Origin: Eledone cirrhosa | Taxonomy: Eukaryota | Length of the DNA stretch: 64,000 nucleotides | Direction: 5' to 3' | Assembly: GCA_964016885.1 (NCBI GenBank) | Contig: OZ024756.1 | Span: 10,726,001 to 10,790,000, forward strand | Part shown: in pieces, positions 36,256 through 49,300 of the stretch | Numbering within the stretch: position 1 is the first letter of the stretch | How the letters are laid out: the number at the start of each line of letters is the position of its first letter | Program-made: the position numbers and the translations under genes | Notes under the pieces: generated by a model | Told to the model about the DNA's origin: nothing | Seen by the model: the letters and a program-made list of their open reading frames with translations, nothing else | Database searches by the model: none

Positions 36256-36481
36256 ATACAGTATATATATATATAGCATTAAAGTAAAAATCGATTGACA
36301 TATATATATATATTTTGAGTATATGTTGGTTGTTTACCGACACCTCAGTATGCAGATTGGAGCACTCGACGCAATTCCTCAGAGAAATAACAACGCAACC
36401 AGGAGCTGGACATATCGGAGTATTGACGGAGTAAAACACACTTAAACAACATGTGTACCTGTCTCTACCACACCAATTCGG

Positions 36482-36536
36482 ACTGCCTGAAGGCGTCACA
36501 GCCAATGATGGATGTCACCGAAATATATATAACAGT
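36482..36536 (+). ncRNA. Degenerate hammerhead motif
   Basis: ACTGc-CTGAAGg-cGTCACAGCCA atga TGGATGTCACc-GAAA-TATATATA-ACAGT; core A9 is mutated. Confidence 0.5.
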
Positions 36537-36585
36537 ATATCTATAATTTATAATAAACGCACCCAAATTTTACCTATTTGACTTA

Positions 36586-36627
<42 letters not shown>

Positions 36628-36638
<11 letters not shown>

Positions 36639-37395
36639 AACACATCAAACAATTACTGGGGATAATTTGTAAAAAGTGTAAACATATAGCTACGGAGGTA
36701 ACATATTAAAAATTAATGAGAACCTCAAATATAGATACCTTGCAATAATGATTAATCTCCTTTATCTATATTCCATTGAAGAAATACATTTCACCATTAA
36801 TTGGCAAATCACAGATGTTAGATCCCGGATCATCAACAAAGGAAGGGATTTAACTATCTCTGATTACACACTAAAAGCAAATCAGGGAATGATTCAAAGG
36901 AAATGTTTGGATTTATCCCTTAGAATCTTTGAGCTTATTCTACCGGTGGTATGCCGCATGTTTCTCAGACATGACATACTTAATTTAATTTTGGCTATAT
37001 ATACTGCTCCTAAATAGTAGAAATTTTTTTCTGTTGAAAGGACTCAGCTACTATTTGTAGCTGTCGATAACCCTCTTAATGCCACTGGGTTGATGGTGGT
37101 GTGATGTGTATTTTTTTTTTAAAACCACATGTGCTTTTCGTCATTTCCAGATTTACTTTTAGTGTGTAATCACAGATAGTTAAATCTCCTCCGTTGCTGA
37201 TGATCCGGGATTTAACATCTGCGATTTGTCGATTAATGGTGAAATATATTTCTTCAATGGAATATATACAAAGGAGATTAATTATTATTGCAAGGTTCTC
37301 ATTAAATTTTAATATGTTACCTCACTAACTATGTGTGTTTACACTTTTTACAAATTATCCCCTGTAATTGTTTGATGTGTTTATTTTATATATAT
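36628..37395. mobile_element. PLE relic with about 260-bp inverted termini
   Basis: 36628-36892 is inverted at 37141-37395. Hammerhead-like CCGTTG-CTGATGA..GAAA..CAATGG at 37191-37260. The spacer (minus) reads 'KIKLSMSCLRNMRHTTGRISSKIL', resembling the PLE K.SYSC..N...I......IL linker. Confidence 0.72.
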
Positions 37396-37404
37396 ATATA
37401 TATT

Positions 37405-37715
37405 CTAAACCCATGTTAGCGTGGAAGATACAGGTTAAACCATCTAATCCTTCTTATTCCTAATTTCTCACTTAGTTTGTTTATGTTTTGCCGTTCGTGT
37501 ATATTGCTATTACACATTCAACGGAGCATGCATGCTTCGTTCCTTTCCAGTCTGCGCAGGTCCTCTGCACACAATGCCCAGGTCTCACTGCTATGTAACA
37601 TTGCTGTTCGTATGCAGGCATCATAGAATCTGCCTTTCATTTTTAGAGAGAAACCTTTTGTGTCCAACAGCGGTATAAGCTCTCTGAACTTTTCCCATCC
37701 CGTTCTAACTCTGGC
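37405..37715 (-). pseudogene. RTE LINE fragment (family of 19410-21041)
   Basis: High nucleotide similarity to 19660-19940; internal stop. Confidence 0.88.
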
Positions 37716-37756
37716 TACTGTATTTTCACAACACCCAATTTACATATATATACCCC

Positions 37757-37790
<34 letters not shown>

Positions 37791-38078
37791 TCCCAAATCA
37801 TAAAATCGTAGTTACAGACAGTTTCCCCCACTCCCAAATCATGTGATACTATATACCTTTGCTCTTCATTTTGGCCCACTTCAATAGGCAGTTTTTGCGG
37901 GGTGGAAAAGCTAATGAGTTTACAACAGTATTTATTGTCTGATGGCAAAAAATATTCCCCAAAAAATTGAAATCATGAGAAAAGAGGAAGAAGAGAAAGA
38001 GGAAAATAAAACATGTCCATAATATAGTCATAAAAATGTCAAAAAGCCACCCACTTAAGAAAAATACAGTTAACACTT

Positions 38079-38590
38079 TAACATTTACATTACTCTATAT
38101 ATACTATTGTATTTTTGTGGTACAGGCTTTACCTCACATAATATCTCACATAACATTTACATTACTCTATATATACTATTGTATTTTCACAGTAAAGGCT
38201 TTACCTCACATAATATCTCACATAACATTTACATTACTCTATATATACTATTGTATTTTCACAGTAACGGGTTTACCTCACATAATATCTCACATAACAT
38301 TTACATAACTCTATATATACTATTGTATTTTCACAGTAAAGGCTTTACCTCACATAATATCTCACATAACATTTACATTACTCTATATATACTATTGTAT
38401 TTTCACAGTAAAGTCTTTACCTCACATAATATCTCACATAACATTTACATTACTCTATATATACTATTGTATTTTCACAGTAAAGGCTTTACCTCACATA
38501 ATATCTCACATAACATTTACATTACTCTATATATACTATTGTATTTTCACAGTAAAGACTTTACCTCACATAATATCTCACATAACATCT
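38079..38590. repeat. 72-bp tandem repeat, about 7 copies
   Basis: 24-aa period in the ORF track (SHNISHNIYITLYILLYFHSKGFT). Confidence 0.95.
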
Positions 38591-38798
38591 CGTATACGAG
38601 AGACGTGTGTTGACGTGTGTGAACAAGCTCGGCTACCGAGTTGGATTTACTTACTCAAAAGTGAGTTTTGATTAATTTTTTTATACTGTAATATACGTTA
38701 ACCCCTTGCCTTGGTCGTCAAACTTTGAGTTTATTTATTTTCGCCCCTTTTTGGGGCGAATTTTCCAGTTAAAAATTTATTACGGCAAACTAATAGAA

Positions 38799-40523
38799 AT
38801 GGACGGAATTTTCACATCTCATCCTAACGAGAAAGCCACGCCCCCTAAGAAAGGTGATACAGAGAAGCTAGAAGCACAAGGCTCTAAGTCTTCCCTCCTC
38901 ACTTCTGCAAAAGAAACATGGAACACGGAATTAAAAGAAAAATTTGTAAAAATGGGTGAAAACCCAGAAAGTCACATAAACGCAGACAAAAACAACAATG
39001 ACAATAACAGCAATAGTCACAACACTAACCAAGGAAAAAATAACGATAACACCAAACAAAGCGAACCCACTACTGGTGCCTCCTTTGCAGAGGCGGTCCG
39101 GAAAACACAGACCTGCAAGCAACTGGACATTACAACTCTGAGAGAAAAGATGAAGGAAGCAAAACAGTATGTAACTTTCAAAGAAGGAGGAGACTTCACA
39201 ATCACCTCCCCACAAGAAATCAAAAGAGACACGACACTAAGAACGATATCGTTCAGAACAATTTCCAACATAACAAGGAAACCAGCTCAATTATCCCAAA
39301 AAGAAATTGAGCTGGTCCTAAAAAATGTGTGGAGTGATATATCGTTCATACAAAAAGGGCCACTCTATGGGAATATAACGGTGCTAATGAAGGATCAATT
39401 GACGGCCAGGAAATACTCTGTGGCGCCAATTGTTTCCAAGCTACACACATTTTTCCCCACATATTTAGGGAAAAGAACGCAGAAAATAAAAGTCTCTGGA
39501 ATCCGGCCAAATGCATGTATTTCCTGGGTACTAACAGGATTTTTAGAAGACGAGGACGGAATCCTCTCAGTAGGAGAAGTCACCACAGACGTTTTCGGCG
39601 GTTTGAGCGTGCAGGTTCTGGTCCAAATGAGACCAGAACGAATAGCTAGAATACCACAGAGGGTGTCCCTCGATGGAGAAACATTTATATACATTTCAGC
39701 CGAGGGTAGGAGGCCCATATGTTACTACTGTTCACGCAGGGGTCATCTAAGGGCTGCCTGTCTTCAATTGACAAAAAAAAAAGGCTCTTTTGCCTACACC
39801 CCACACACCACCACCGCCGCCACCACCACCACCACCACCACCATCACCACAAAAACAACAAAAACAACATGGAAAAATAACACAAGACACGGCCCCACCC
39901 AAAACAACTCCAAAAACACACACAAACACAACAAAACCCCAAAATACACCACTACCCGACAGCACGGACGAAGACCCAGCTGAAACGGCACCTAGTGACG
40001 AAGAGGGGGGATCCTTCCAACCTGTAAAAAGGAAAAAAAGAAAGCACCACTCGAACATCAACGAAACAAACACACAACCACCAACAAAAACAAAACAAAC
40101 AGAACAAACAAAATCCGCCCCACCCCAAAACATAACACATACAACAAAACGTAAGCACACACAAACACAACACAAATAAAACAGTATACATACATTAACA
40201 CAAATAACAAAGAACTAGTAAAAACAATACACAAAGACCCTTCGGTGGAAACTGAAGGGCAATTCTTTGCAAGCGCGGCCAACAAACCGCATTTAAAAAT
40301 GATAAGACTCCCAATGGACACCTATGCAAAACTAAGAGAGAACTTTCCTGAGGACGTGGGGAAAACATGTACTCGACCCTATAACCGCGTCCTCTTGAAA
40401 CGTTTCCCCACCCACACCTCACCAAACACCCCCACTCCACCACAGAACAACACCCCACCAAACAACCCCTCCAATACGCCCATGGATATTGTGCAACCTG
40501 CTCCTCAGGAGCCGAACAGGTAG
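38799..40523 (+). pseudogene. LINE ORF1 (gag-like), frameshifted
   Basis: ATG at 38799; 'EGRRPICYYCSRRGHLRAAC'; frameshift at the A-run near 39775 into a Pro/Thr/Lys-rich tail. Confidence 0.8.
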
Positions 40524-40544
40524 GTCCTTCCTCTTTTAACCAAC

Positions 40545-41610
40545 ATGGCTGATATAAGAGTTGGGTGTCTGAATGTACGCGGCCTGGGACTGTCTTGGAA
40601 ACAAGGCAAACTTTTAAACGATCTCAGGTCGCATAGAATGGATGTAATGGCTATTTGCGAGTCCAGGATCAGCAGCGAGCACCAACTGGCGCCCCTCTTC
40701 GACGACTTTGAGATCTTCGCATCTCTCTGTCAACCGGGGGGTGGGGGTGGAGTTGTCGTTCTGCTGCGAAAACACCTGGGCCTCGCCATACAGAAGGTGC
40801 ACCTGGACCCGGAGGGTCGACTGGTGGTTTTAGACGTCGGCAGTAGTGAAAGTGGAGCCCTTAGACTAATAGCTGTGTACGCCCTTTTTGGGCAGCGCGG
40901 CCGGAATACTTCCAACGTCTGGAAACTTTTCTGGGAACGTCCCGCTCCTTGCTTTTAGTGGGGGACTGGAATGGTATCCTGGATGCACGTTGGGACTATG
41001 TAGGGGCATGTGCCAATAAAGGGGGTGTAAAAGCCTCAAAAGGTTAATCGGCCGATTTGACCTGGCCGATAGATATCGACTAGATTTTCCGACTGTACCA
41101 CTATGGACGTGGACCAATCGCAGTGGAACATCTAGGTCGTACCTAGATAGGGTCCTAGTTAGAGAGAAGGATAGGGACACATTTAGCTGTCCAAAAATGT
41201 TCATGGTTGACTATTCAGATCACAAGTTAGTGACCTGCATAGCCAACCTTGATAGAACCCATAGACAGGGACCCGGTTACTGGAAGCTGAACTTGTCCTT
41301 ACCGAGAAGCAAAGCTTACAGTAAACGGATTAGCACGTTAGTTAAGCAGAGTTTGACAGGGGCAATTGTCAACAACAGGTGGTGGAGCTCTCTTAAGAGA
41401 GCAATTAGAATAGAACCGATAGGTTTTAGTCAGGAATTAGCAAGGGATAGGAACAAGACGGAAAGGGAATTAGTAGATAGAGTAGAAGAGGCGATTAGGA
41501 GTGGCAATGTAGCCGGCGTGCTGGCATCAAGAATGGCCTTAGACCAGTTCTTTGAGGTGAAGCATGAAGGCTGCGTTGTCAGGAGTAAAATACGTGCTCT
41601 GGGTAATGAG
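40545..41610 (+). pseudogene. LINE ORF2 APE endonuclease, frameshifted and truncated
   Basis: 'LNVRGL', 'ICESR', 'GGVVVLL', 'EGRLVVLD', 'IAVYA', 'VGDWN', 'SYLDR', 'SDHKLV', 'GPGYWKLN'. Confidence 0.9.
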
Positions 41611-42039
41611 GAAAAACATGTGTGTTTTATAGCCCATGGTGGTGTGAATAGACCAAAAGACTGCTGAAAATAGCAGCTCAGAAACATTGAACTTTAAAAG
41701 CTCTACTTACATATAGAAATGCAACAGGAGCCATATATATATACAAGAAGTAAGAGGATTAACATGGATAAGCGATACAATAGGGTCTATTCCAAGCATT
41801 ACATATGTTTCATCACCAGATGTTAAATTTTGTCTTGAAACTGCTATCATCAATAATTAATTGACAATTGAGAAAACTCGATTTTAAATACATAAAATAA
41901 TATAACGTGTCCGGTGAATTTTCAAAGCACAGTGCCAAAAATTTATCATCACACCAGTTTTATACAAAAAGCACAAGAACATCAAAAATATACTAATATA
42001 TGGAAAGAAAATTACATACATATATATAATACTTATATA

Positions 42040-43165
42040 TCATCATCATTTTACATCTACTTTTCCTTGCTTGCAAGGGTGGGACGGGTCTACTTCAGCA
42101 CAGCATCTCTCCATTCGCCATGGTCCTTCATCATCTCCTCTGAGAGCTTCAGCAATCTGAGGTCAGCTCTCACCACCTCCGCCCATGTTTTTCGTGGTCT
42201 TCCTCTACTGCATTTTCCATTCACCATGATTTCTTGTCACTTCTTCACCCAGCGGTCATCTTCCGTGCACATCACATGGCCATACCAATGCAGTCTTCTC
42301 TCCCGCACACTACAACTTATCCCTTTTAAACACAATTTCACTCTCAACTCGCCCATGCTTGGACATTCACGCATATTGGCATTGCACATCCATTGGAACA
42401 TGCTTGCTTCATTTCTCTCCAGCCTTCACATATCCTCCGCAGTTGCTGCCCATGTCTCACTACCATTCAGCATCGCGCTCCTCACACAGGCATCATATAA
42501 CTGGCCTTTCGTACGTAGGGAGAAACCCTTCTTTGTCAACAGAGGAAGCAGCTCCCTAACCTTCTTCCATCCTGTCCTTATTCTAGATACTATGGCCCCA
42601 GAACCCCCTCCTATGCTAATCTATTCACCTAGGTACCGGAAGCTATCAGCCACTTCTATAGAACCCACCTGCATTTGAAAAATGTGTCTATCAATGCTAT
42701 TACTACAGTCAACTTACCCTGTACATCTACTGTATATGTAGTTTTCCCTACCTGTTAGTTTTCCTGCTATCCCGCTACATCTCTTGTGTATCCAAGATCT
42801 GCATTGCGTACATTTTATAGAATTTATGCCAGTTTCTTTTCTACATATCAAACATGACTATTTCCCTGATGGAATCAGAGTTTTGTCCTCTTTTCTACTC
42901 ATCAACACTTTTGTCTTAGCTATGTTCACTCTCAGTGCTCTTGCTTCCAACTGCTGTTTCCATAGCCAGAATTTATTCTCTAGCCCTTCTACTGATTCTG
43001 CTTTAAGAATCAGATCGTCAGCATAGAGAAGTTCCCATGTGCAGCCAGTCATAAACTCTTCTGTTATGGCTTGGAGGACTATAATGAACAAGAGTGGGCT
43101 GAGGACCGAACGCTGATGTACTCTTACTTGTATCTGGAATTCCTCACTAAACTCCATTCCTACTC
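42040..43165 (-). pseudogene. Decayed RTE LINE RT, second PHD-bearing family
   Basis: 'VHQRSVLSPLLF..ELLYADD..KTKVL', Cys-rich insert, 'FRYLG', 'GRPRKTW'; stops; (GAT)n tail. Confidence 0.9.
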
Positions 43166-43303
43166 TATATATATATTAATAAAATCAAAAATGTTTTTAG
43201 GTGAAAAATACTTTTTTAGTATGTCGTAATGTCAAGCAGCCGTGGGCCAAATGTAGCTGATTTGGCTTTCAGAGAAATTTGTGTCCTGGAAGGATAAAAT
43301 TTA

Positions 43304-46300
43304 AGGTTGACCTCAGGGGAAATGTTGACCTCAGAGGAAAGGTTGACCTCAGATGTGAGGTTGACCTCAGATGAGAGGTTGGCCTCAGAGGAAAGGTTGA
43401 CCTTAGAGGAAAGGTTGACCTCAGATGAGAGGTTGACCTCAGATGAAAGATTGACCTCAGAGGAAAGGTTGCCCTCAGATGAGAGGTTGACCTCAGAGGA
43501 ATGGTTGACCTCAGAGGAAAGGTTGACCTCAGAGGAAAGGTTGACCTCAGATGAGAGGTTGACGTCAGATGAGAGGTTGACCTCAGAGGAATGGTTGACC
43601 TCAGATGAGAGGTTGACCTCAGAGGAAAGGTTGACCTCAGATGAGAGGTTGACCTCAGATGAGAGGTTGACCTCAGAGGAATGGTTGACCTCACATGAGA
43701 GGTTGACCTCAGATGAGAGGTTGACCTCAGAGGAAAGGTTGACCTCAGATGAGAGGTTGACCTCAGAGGAAAGGTTGACCTCAGATGAGAGGTTGACCTC
43801 AGATGAAAGATTGACCTCAGAGGAAAGGTTGACCTCAGAGGAGTGGTTGACCTCAGAGGAAAGGTTGACCTCAGATGAGAGGTTGACCTCAGATGAGAGG
43901 TTGACCTCAGAGGAATGGTTGACCTCAGATGAGAGGTTGACCTCAGATGAGAGGTTGACCTCAGAGGAAAGGTTGACCTCAGATGAGAGGTTGACCTCAG
44001 AGGAATGGTTGACCTCAGAGGAAAGGTTGACCTCAGATGTGAGGTTGACCTCAGATGAGAGGTTGACCTCAGATGAAAGATTGACCTCAGATGAAAGATT
44101 GACCTCAGAGGAATGGTTGACCTCAGATGAGAGGTTGACCTCAGATGAGAGGTTGACCTCTGATGAAAGGTTGACCTCAGATGAAAGGTTGACTTCAGAT
44201 GAAAGGTTGACCTCAGATGAAAGATTGACCTCAGAGGAATGGTTGACCTCAGATGAGAGGTTGACCTCAGATGAGAGGTTGACCTCAGCTGAGAGGTTGA
44301 CTTCAGATGAAAGATTGACTTCAGATGAAAGGTTGACCTCAGAGGAATAGTTGACCTCAGATGAGAGGTTGACCTCAGATGAGAGGTTGACCTCAGATGA
44401 AAGGTTGACCTCAGATGAAAGGTTGACCTCAGATGAAAGGTTGACCTCAGAGGAATGGTTGACCTCAGATGAGAGGTTGACCTCAGATGAAAGGTTGACC
44501 TCAGATGAAAGGTTGACCTCAGATGAGAGGTTGCCCTCAGATGAAAGGTTGCCTTCAGATGAGAGGTTGACCTCAGATGAGAGGCTGACCTCAGATGAAA
44601 GATTGACTTCAGATGAAAGGTTGACCTCAGAGGAAAGGTTGACCTCAAATGAGAGGTTGACCTCAGATGAGAGGTTGACCTCAGATGAAAGGTTGACCTC
44701 AGATGAGAGGTTGACCTCAGATGAAAGGTTGTCCTCAGAGGAAAGGTTGACCTTAGATGAGAGGTTGACCTCTGATGAAAGGTTGACCTCAGATGAAAGG
44801 TTGACTTCAGATGAAAGGTTGACCTCAGATGAAAGATTGACCTCAGAGGAATGGTTGACCTCAGATGAGAGGTTGACCTCAGATGAAAGGTTGACCTCAG
44901 ATGAAAGATTGACCTCAGAGGAAAGGTTGACCTCAGATGAGAGGTTGACCTCAGAGGAGAGGTTGACCTCAGATGAGAGGTTGACCTCAGATGAAAGGTT
45001 GACCTCAGATGAAAGGTTGACCTCAGATGAAAGATTGACCTAAGAGGAAAGGTTGACCTCAGATGAGAGGTTGACCTCAGAGGAGAGGTTGACCTCAGAT
45101 GAAAGGTTGCCCTCAAATGAAAGGTTGACCTCAGATGAAAGGTTGACCTCAGAGGAATGGTTGACCTCAGAGGAATGGTTGACCTCAGATGAAAGGTTGA
45201 CCTCAGATGAAAGGTTGACCTCAGATGAGAGGTTGACCTCAGATGAAAGATTGACCTCAGAGGAAAGGTTGACCTTAGATGAGAGGTTGACCTCTGATGA
45301 AAGGTTGACTTCAGATGAAAGATTGACTTCAGATGAAAGGTTGACCTCAGAGGAATAGTTGACCTCAGATGAGAGGTTGACCTCAGATGAAAGGTTGACC
45401 TCAGATGAAATGTTGACCTCAGATGAGAGGTTGCCCTCAGATGAAAGGTTGCCCTCAGATGAGCGGTTGACCTCATATGAGAGGTTGACCTCAGATGAAA
45501 GGTTGACCTCAGAGGAAAGGTTGACCTCAGAGGAATGGTTGACCTCAGATGAGAGGTTGACCTCAGAGGAATGGTTGACCTCAGATGAGAGGTTGACCTC
45601 AGATGAGAGGTTGACCTCAGAGGAATGGTTGACCTCAGATGAGAGGTGGCCCTCAGAGGAAAGGTTGCCCTCAGATGAGAGGTTGACCTCAGATGAGAGG
45701 TCACCTCAGATGAAAGGTTGACCTCAGAGGAAACGTTGACCTCAGATGAAAGGTTGACCTCAGATGAGAGGTTGACCTCAGATGAAAGGTTGACCTCAGA
45801 GGAATGGTTGACCTCAGATGAGAGGTTGACCTCAGAGGAAAGGTTGCCCTCAGAGGAAAGGTTGACCTCAGATGAGAGGTTGACCTCAGAGGAATGGTTG
45901 ACCTAAGAGGAAAGGTTGACCTCAGATGAGAGGTTGACCTCAGATGAGAGGTTGACTTCAGATGAGAGGTTGACCTCAGATGAGAGGTTGACCTCAGATG
46001 AAAAATCGACTTCAGAGGAAAGGTTGACCTCAGATGAGAGGTTGACCTCAGATGAGAGGTTGACCTCAGATGAAAGGTTGACCTCAGATGAAATGTTGAC
46101 CTCAGATGAAAGGTTGACCTCAGAGGAAAGGTTGACCTCAGATGAGAGGTTGACCTCAGATGAGAGGTTGACCTCAGATGAAAGATTGACTTCAGATGAA
46201 AGGTTGACCTCAGAGGAAAGGTTGATCTCAGATGAGAGGTTGACCTCAGATGAGAGGTTGACCTCAGATGAAAGGTTGACCTCAGAGGAAAGGTTGCCCT

Positions 46301-49300
46301 CAGATGAGAGGTTGACCTCAGATGAGAGGTTGACCTCAGATGAAAGGTTGCCCTCAGAGGAAAGGTTGCCCTCAGATGAGAGGTTGACCTCAGATGAGAG
46401 GTTGACCTCAGATGAAAGGTTTACCTCAGAGGAAAGGTTGCCCTCAGATGAGAGGTTGACCTCAGATGAGAGGTTGACCTCAGATGAAAGGTTGACCTTA
46501 GATGAGAGGTTGACCTCTGATGAAAGGTTGACTTCAGATGAAAGATTGACTTCAGATGACAGCTTGACCTCAGAGGAATAGTTGACCTCAGATGAGATGT
46601 TGACCTCAGATGAAAGGTTGACCTCAGATGAAAGGTTGACCTCAGATGAAAGGTTGACCTCAGATGAAAGGTTGACCTCAGAGGAATGGTTGACCTCAGA
46701 TGAGAGGTTGACCTCAGATGAAAGGTTGACCTCAGATGAAAGGTTGACCTCAGATAAAAGGTTGACCTCAGATGAAAGGTTGACCTCAGAGGAAAGGTTG
46801 ACCTCAGATGAGAGGTTGACCTCAGATGAGAGGTTGACCTCAGATGAGAGGTTGCCCTCAGATGAAAGGTTGATCTCAGATGAAAGGTTGACCTCAGATG
46901 AAAGGTTGACCTCAGAGGAAAGGTTGACCTCAGATGAGAGGTTGACCTCAGATGAGAGGTTGACCTCAGATGAAAGGTTGACCTCAGATGAGAGGTTGAC
47001 CTCAGATGAAAGGTTGACCTCAGATGAAAAATTGACTTCAGAGGAAAGGTTGACCTCAGATGAGAGGTTGACCTCAGATGAGAGGTTGACCTCTGATGAG
47101 AGGTTGACCTCAGATGAAACGTTGACCTCAGATGAAAGGTTGACCTCAGATGAAAGGTTGACCTCTGATGAGAGGTTGACCTCAGATGAGAGGTTGACCT
47201 CAGATGAAAGATTGACTTCAGATGAGAGGTTGACCTCAGATGAGAGGTTGACCTCAGATGAAAGGTTGCCCTCAGATGAGAGGTTGCCCTCAGAGAAAAG
47301 GTTGCCCTCAGATGAAAGGTTGACCCCAGAGGAAAGGTTGACCTCAGATGAGAGGTTGACCTCAGAGGAAAGGTTGACCTCAGAGGAAAGGTTGCCCTCA
47401 GATGAGAGGTTGCCCTCAGATGAAAGGTTGCCCTCAGATGAGAGGTTGACCTCAGAGGTAAGCTTGCCCTCAGATGAGAGGTTGCCCTCAGATGAGAGGT
47501 TGACCTCAGATGAAAGGTTGACCTCAGAGGAATGGTTGACCTCAGATGAGAGGTTGACCTCAGATGAGAGGTTGACCTCAGAGGAAAGGTTGCCCTCAGA
47601 GGAAAGGTTGACCTCAGATGAGAGGTTGACCTCAGAGGAATGGTTGACCTAAGAGGAATGGTTGACCTCAGATGAGAGGTTGCCCTCAGAGGAAAGATTG
47701 ACCTCAGAGGAATGGTTGACCTCAGATGAGAGGTTGACCTCAGATGAGAGGTTGACCTCAGATGAAAGGTTGACCTCAGATGAAAGGTTGACCTCAGAGG
47801 AATGGTTGACCTCAGATGAGAGGTTGACCTCAGATGAAAGATTGACCTCAGATGAAAGGTTGACCTCAGATGAGAGGTTGCCCTCAGATGAAAGGTTGCC
47901 CTCAGATGAGAGGTTGACCTCATATGAGAGGTTGACCTCAGATGAAAGGTTGACCTCAGAGGAAAGGTTGACCTCAGAGGAATGGTTGACCTCAGATGAG
48001 AGGTTGACCTCAAAGGAATGGTTGACCTCAGATGAGAGGTTGACCTCAGATGAGAGGTTGACCTCAGAGGAATGGTTGACCTCAGATGAGAGGTGGCCCT
48101 CAGAGGAAAGGTTGCCCTCAGATGAGAGGTTGACCTCAGATGAGAGGTTCACCTCAGATGAAAGGTTGACCTCAGAAGAAAGGTTGCCCTCAGATGAGAG
48201 GTTGCCCTCAGATGAGAGGTTGACCTCAGATGAAAGGTTGACGTCAGAGGAATGGTTGACCTCAGATGAGAGGTTGACCTCAGAGGAAAGGTTGCCCTCA
48301 GAGGAAAGGTTGACCTCAGATGAGAGGTTGACCTCAGAGGAAAGATTGACCTCAGAGGAATGGTTGACCTCAGATGAGAGGTTGACCTCAGATGAGAGGT
48401 TGACCTCAGATGAGAGGTTGACCTCAGATGAGAGGTTGACCTCAGATGAGAGGTTGACCTCAGATGAGAGGTTGACCTCAGATGAAAAATCGACTTCAGA
48501 GGAAAGGTTGACCTCAGATGAGAGGTTGACCTCAGATGAGAGGTTGACCTCAGAGGAAAGGTTGACCTCAGATGAGAGGTTGACCTCAGATGAGAGGTTG
48601 ACCTCAGATGAAAGATTGACTTCAGATGAAAGGTTGACCTCAGAGGAAAGGTTGATCTCAGATGAGAGGTTGACCTTAGATGAGAGGTTGACCTCAGATG
48701 AAAGGTTGACCTCAGAGGAAAGGTTGCCCTCAGATGAGAGGTTGACCTCAGATGAGAGGTTGACCTCAGATGAAAGGTTGCCCTCAGAGGAAAGGTTGCC
48801 CTCAGATGAGAGGTTGACCTCAGATGAGAGGTTGACCTCAGATGAAAGGTTGACCTCAGAGGAAAGGTTGCCCTCAGATGAGAGGTTGACCTCAGATGAG
48901 AGGTTGACCTCAGATGAAAGGTTGACCTTAGATGAGAGGTTGACCTCTGATGAAAGGTTGACTTCAGATGAAAGATTGACTTCAGATGAAAGCTTGACCT
49001 CAGATGAAAGGTTGTCCTCAGAGGAAAGGTTGACCTCAGATGAGAGGTTGACCTCAGATGAGAGGTTGACCTCAGATGAGAGGTTGCCCTCAGATGAAAG
49101 GTTGACCTCAGATGAAAGGTTGACCTTAGATGAAAGGTTGACCTCAGAGGAATGGTTGACCTCAGAGGAATGGTTGACCTCAGATGAGAGGTTGACCTCA
49201 GATGAAAGGTTGACCTCAGATGAAAAATTGACTTCAGAGGAAAGGTTGACCTCAGATGAGAGGTTGACCTCAGATGAGAGGTTGACATCTGATGAGAGGT

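Larger units (their letters stand above)
38600..41610 (+). mobile_element. Tx1/L1-like LINE, 5' half only
   Basis: 5' UTR, ORF1 with CCHC knuckle, 21-bp spacer, ORF2 APE endonuclease and GPGYWKLN motif; no RT follows. Confidence 0.88.

Noticed and set aside
37790-37950. LINE C-terminal relic ('KLPIEVGQ')
   Set aside because: Only a short motif; the expected Cys/His residues are missing, so it is too decayed to call.
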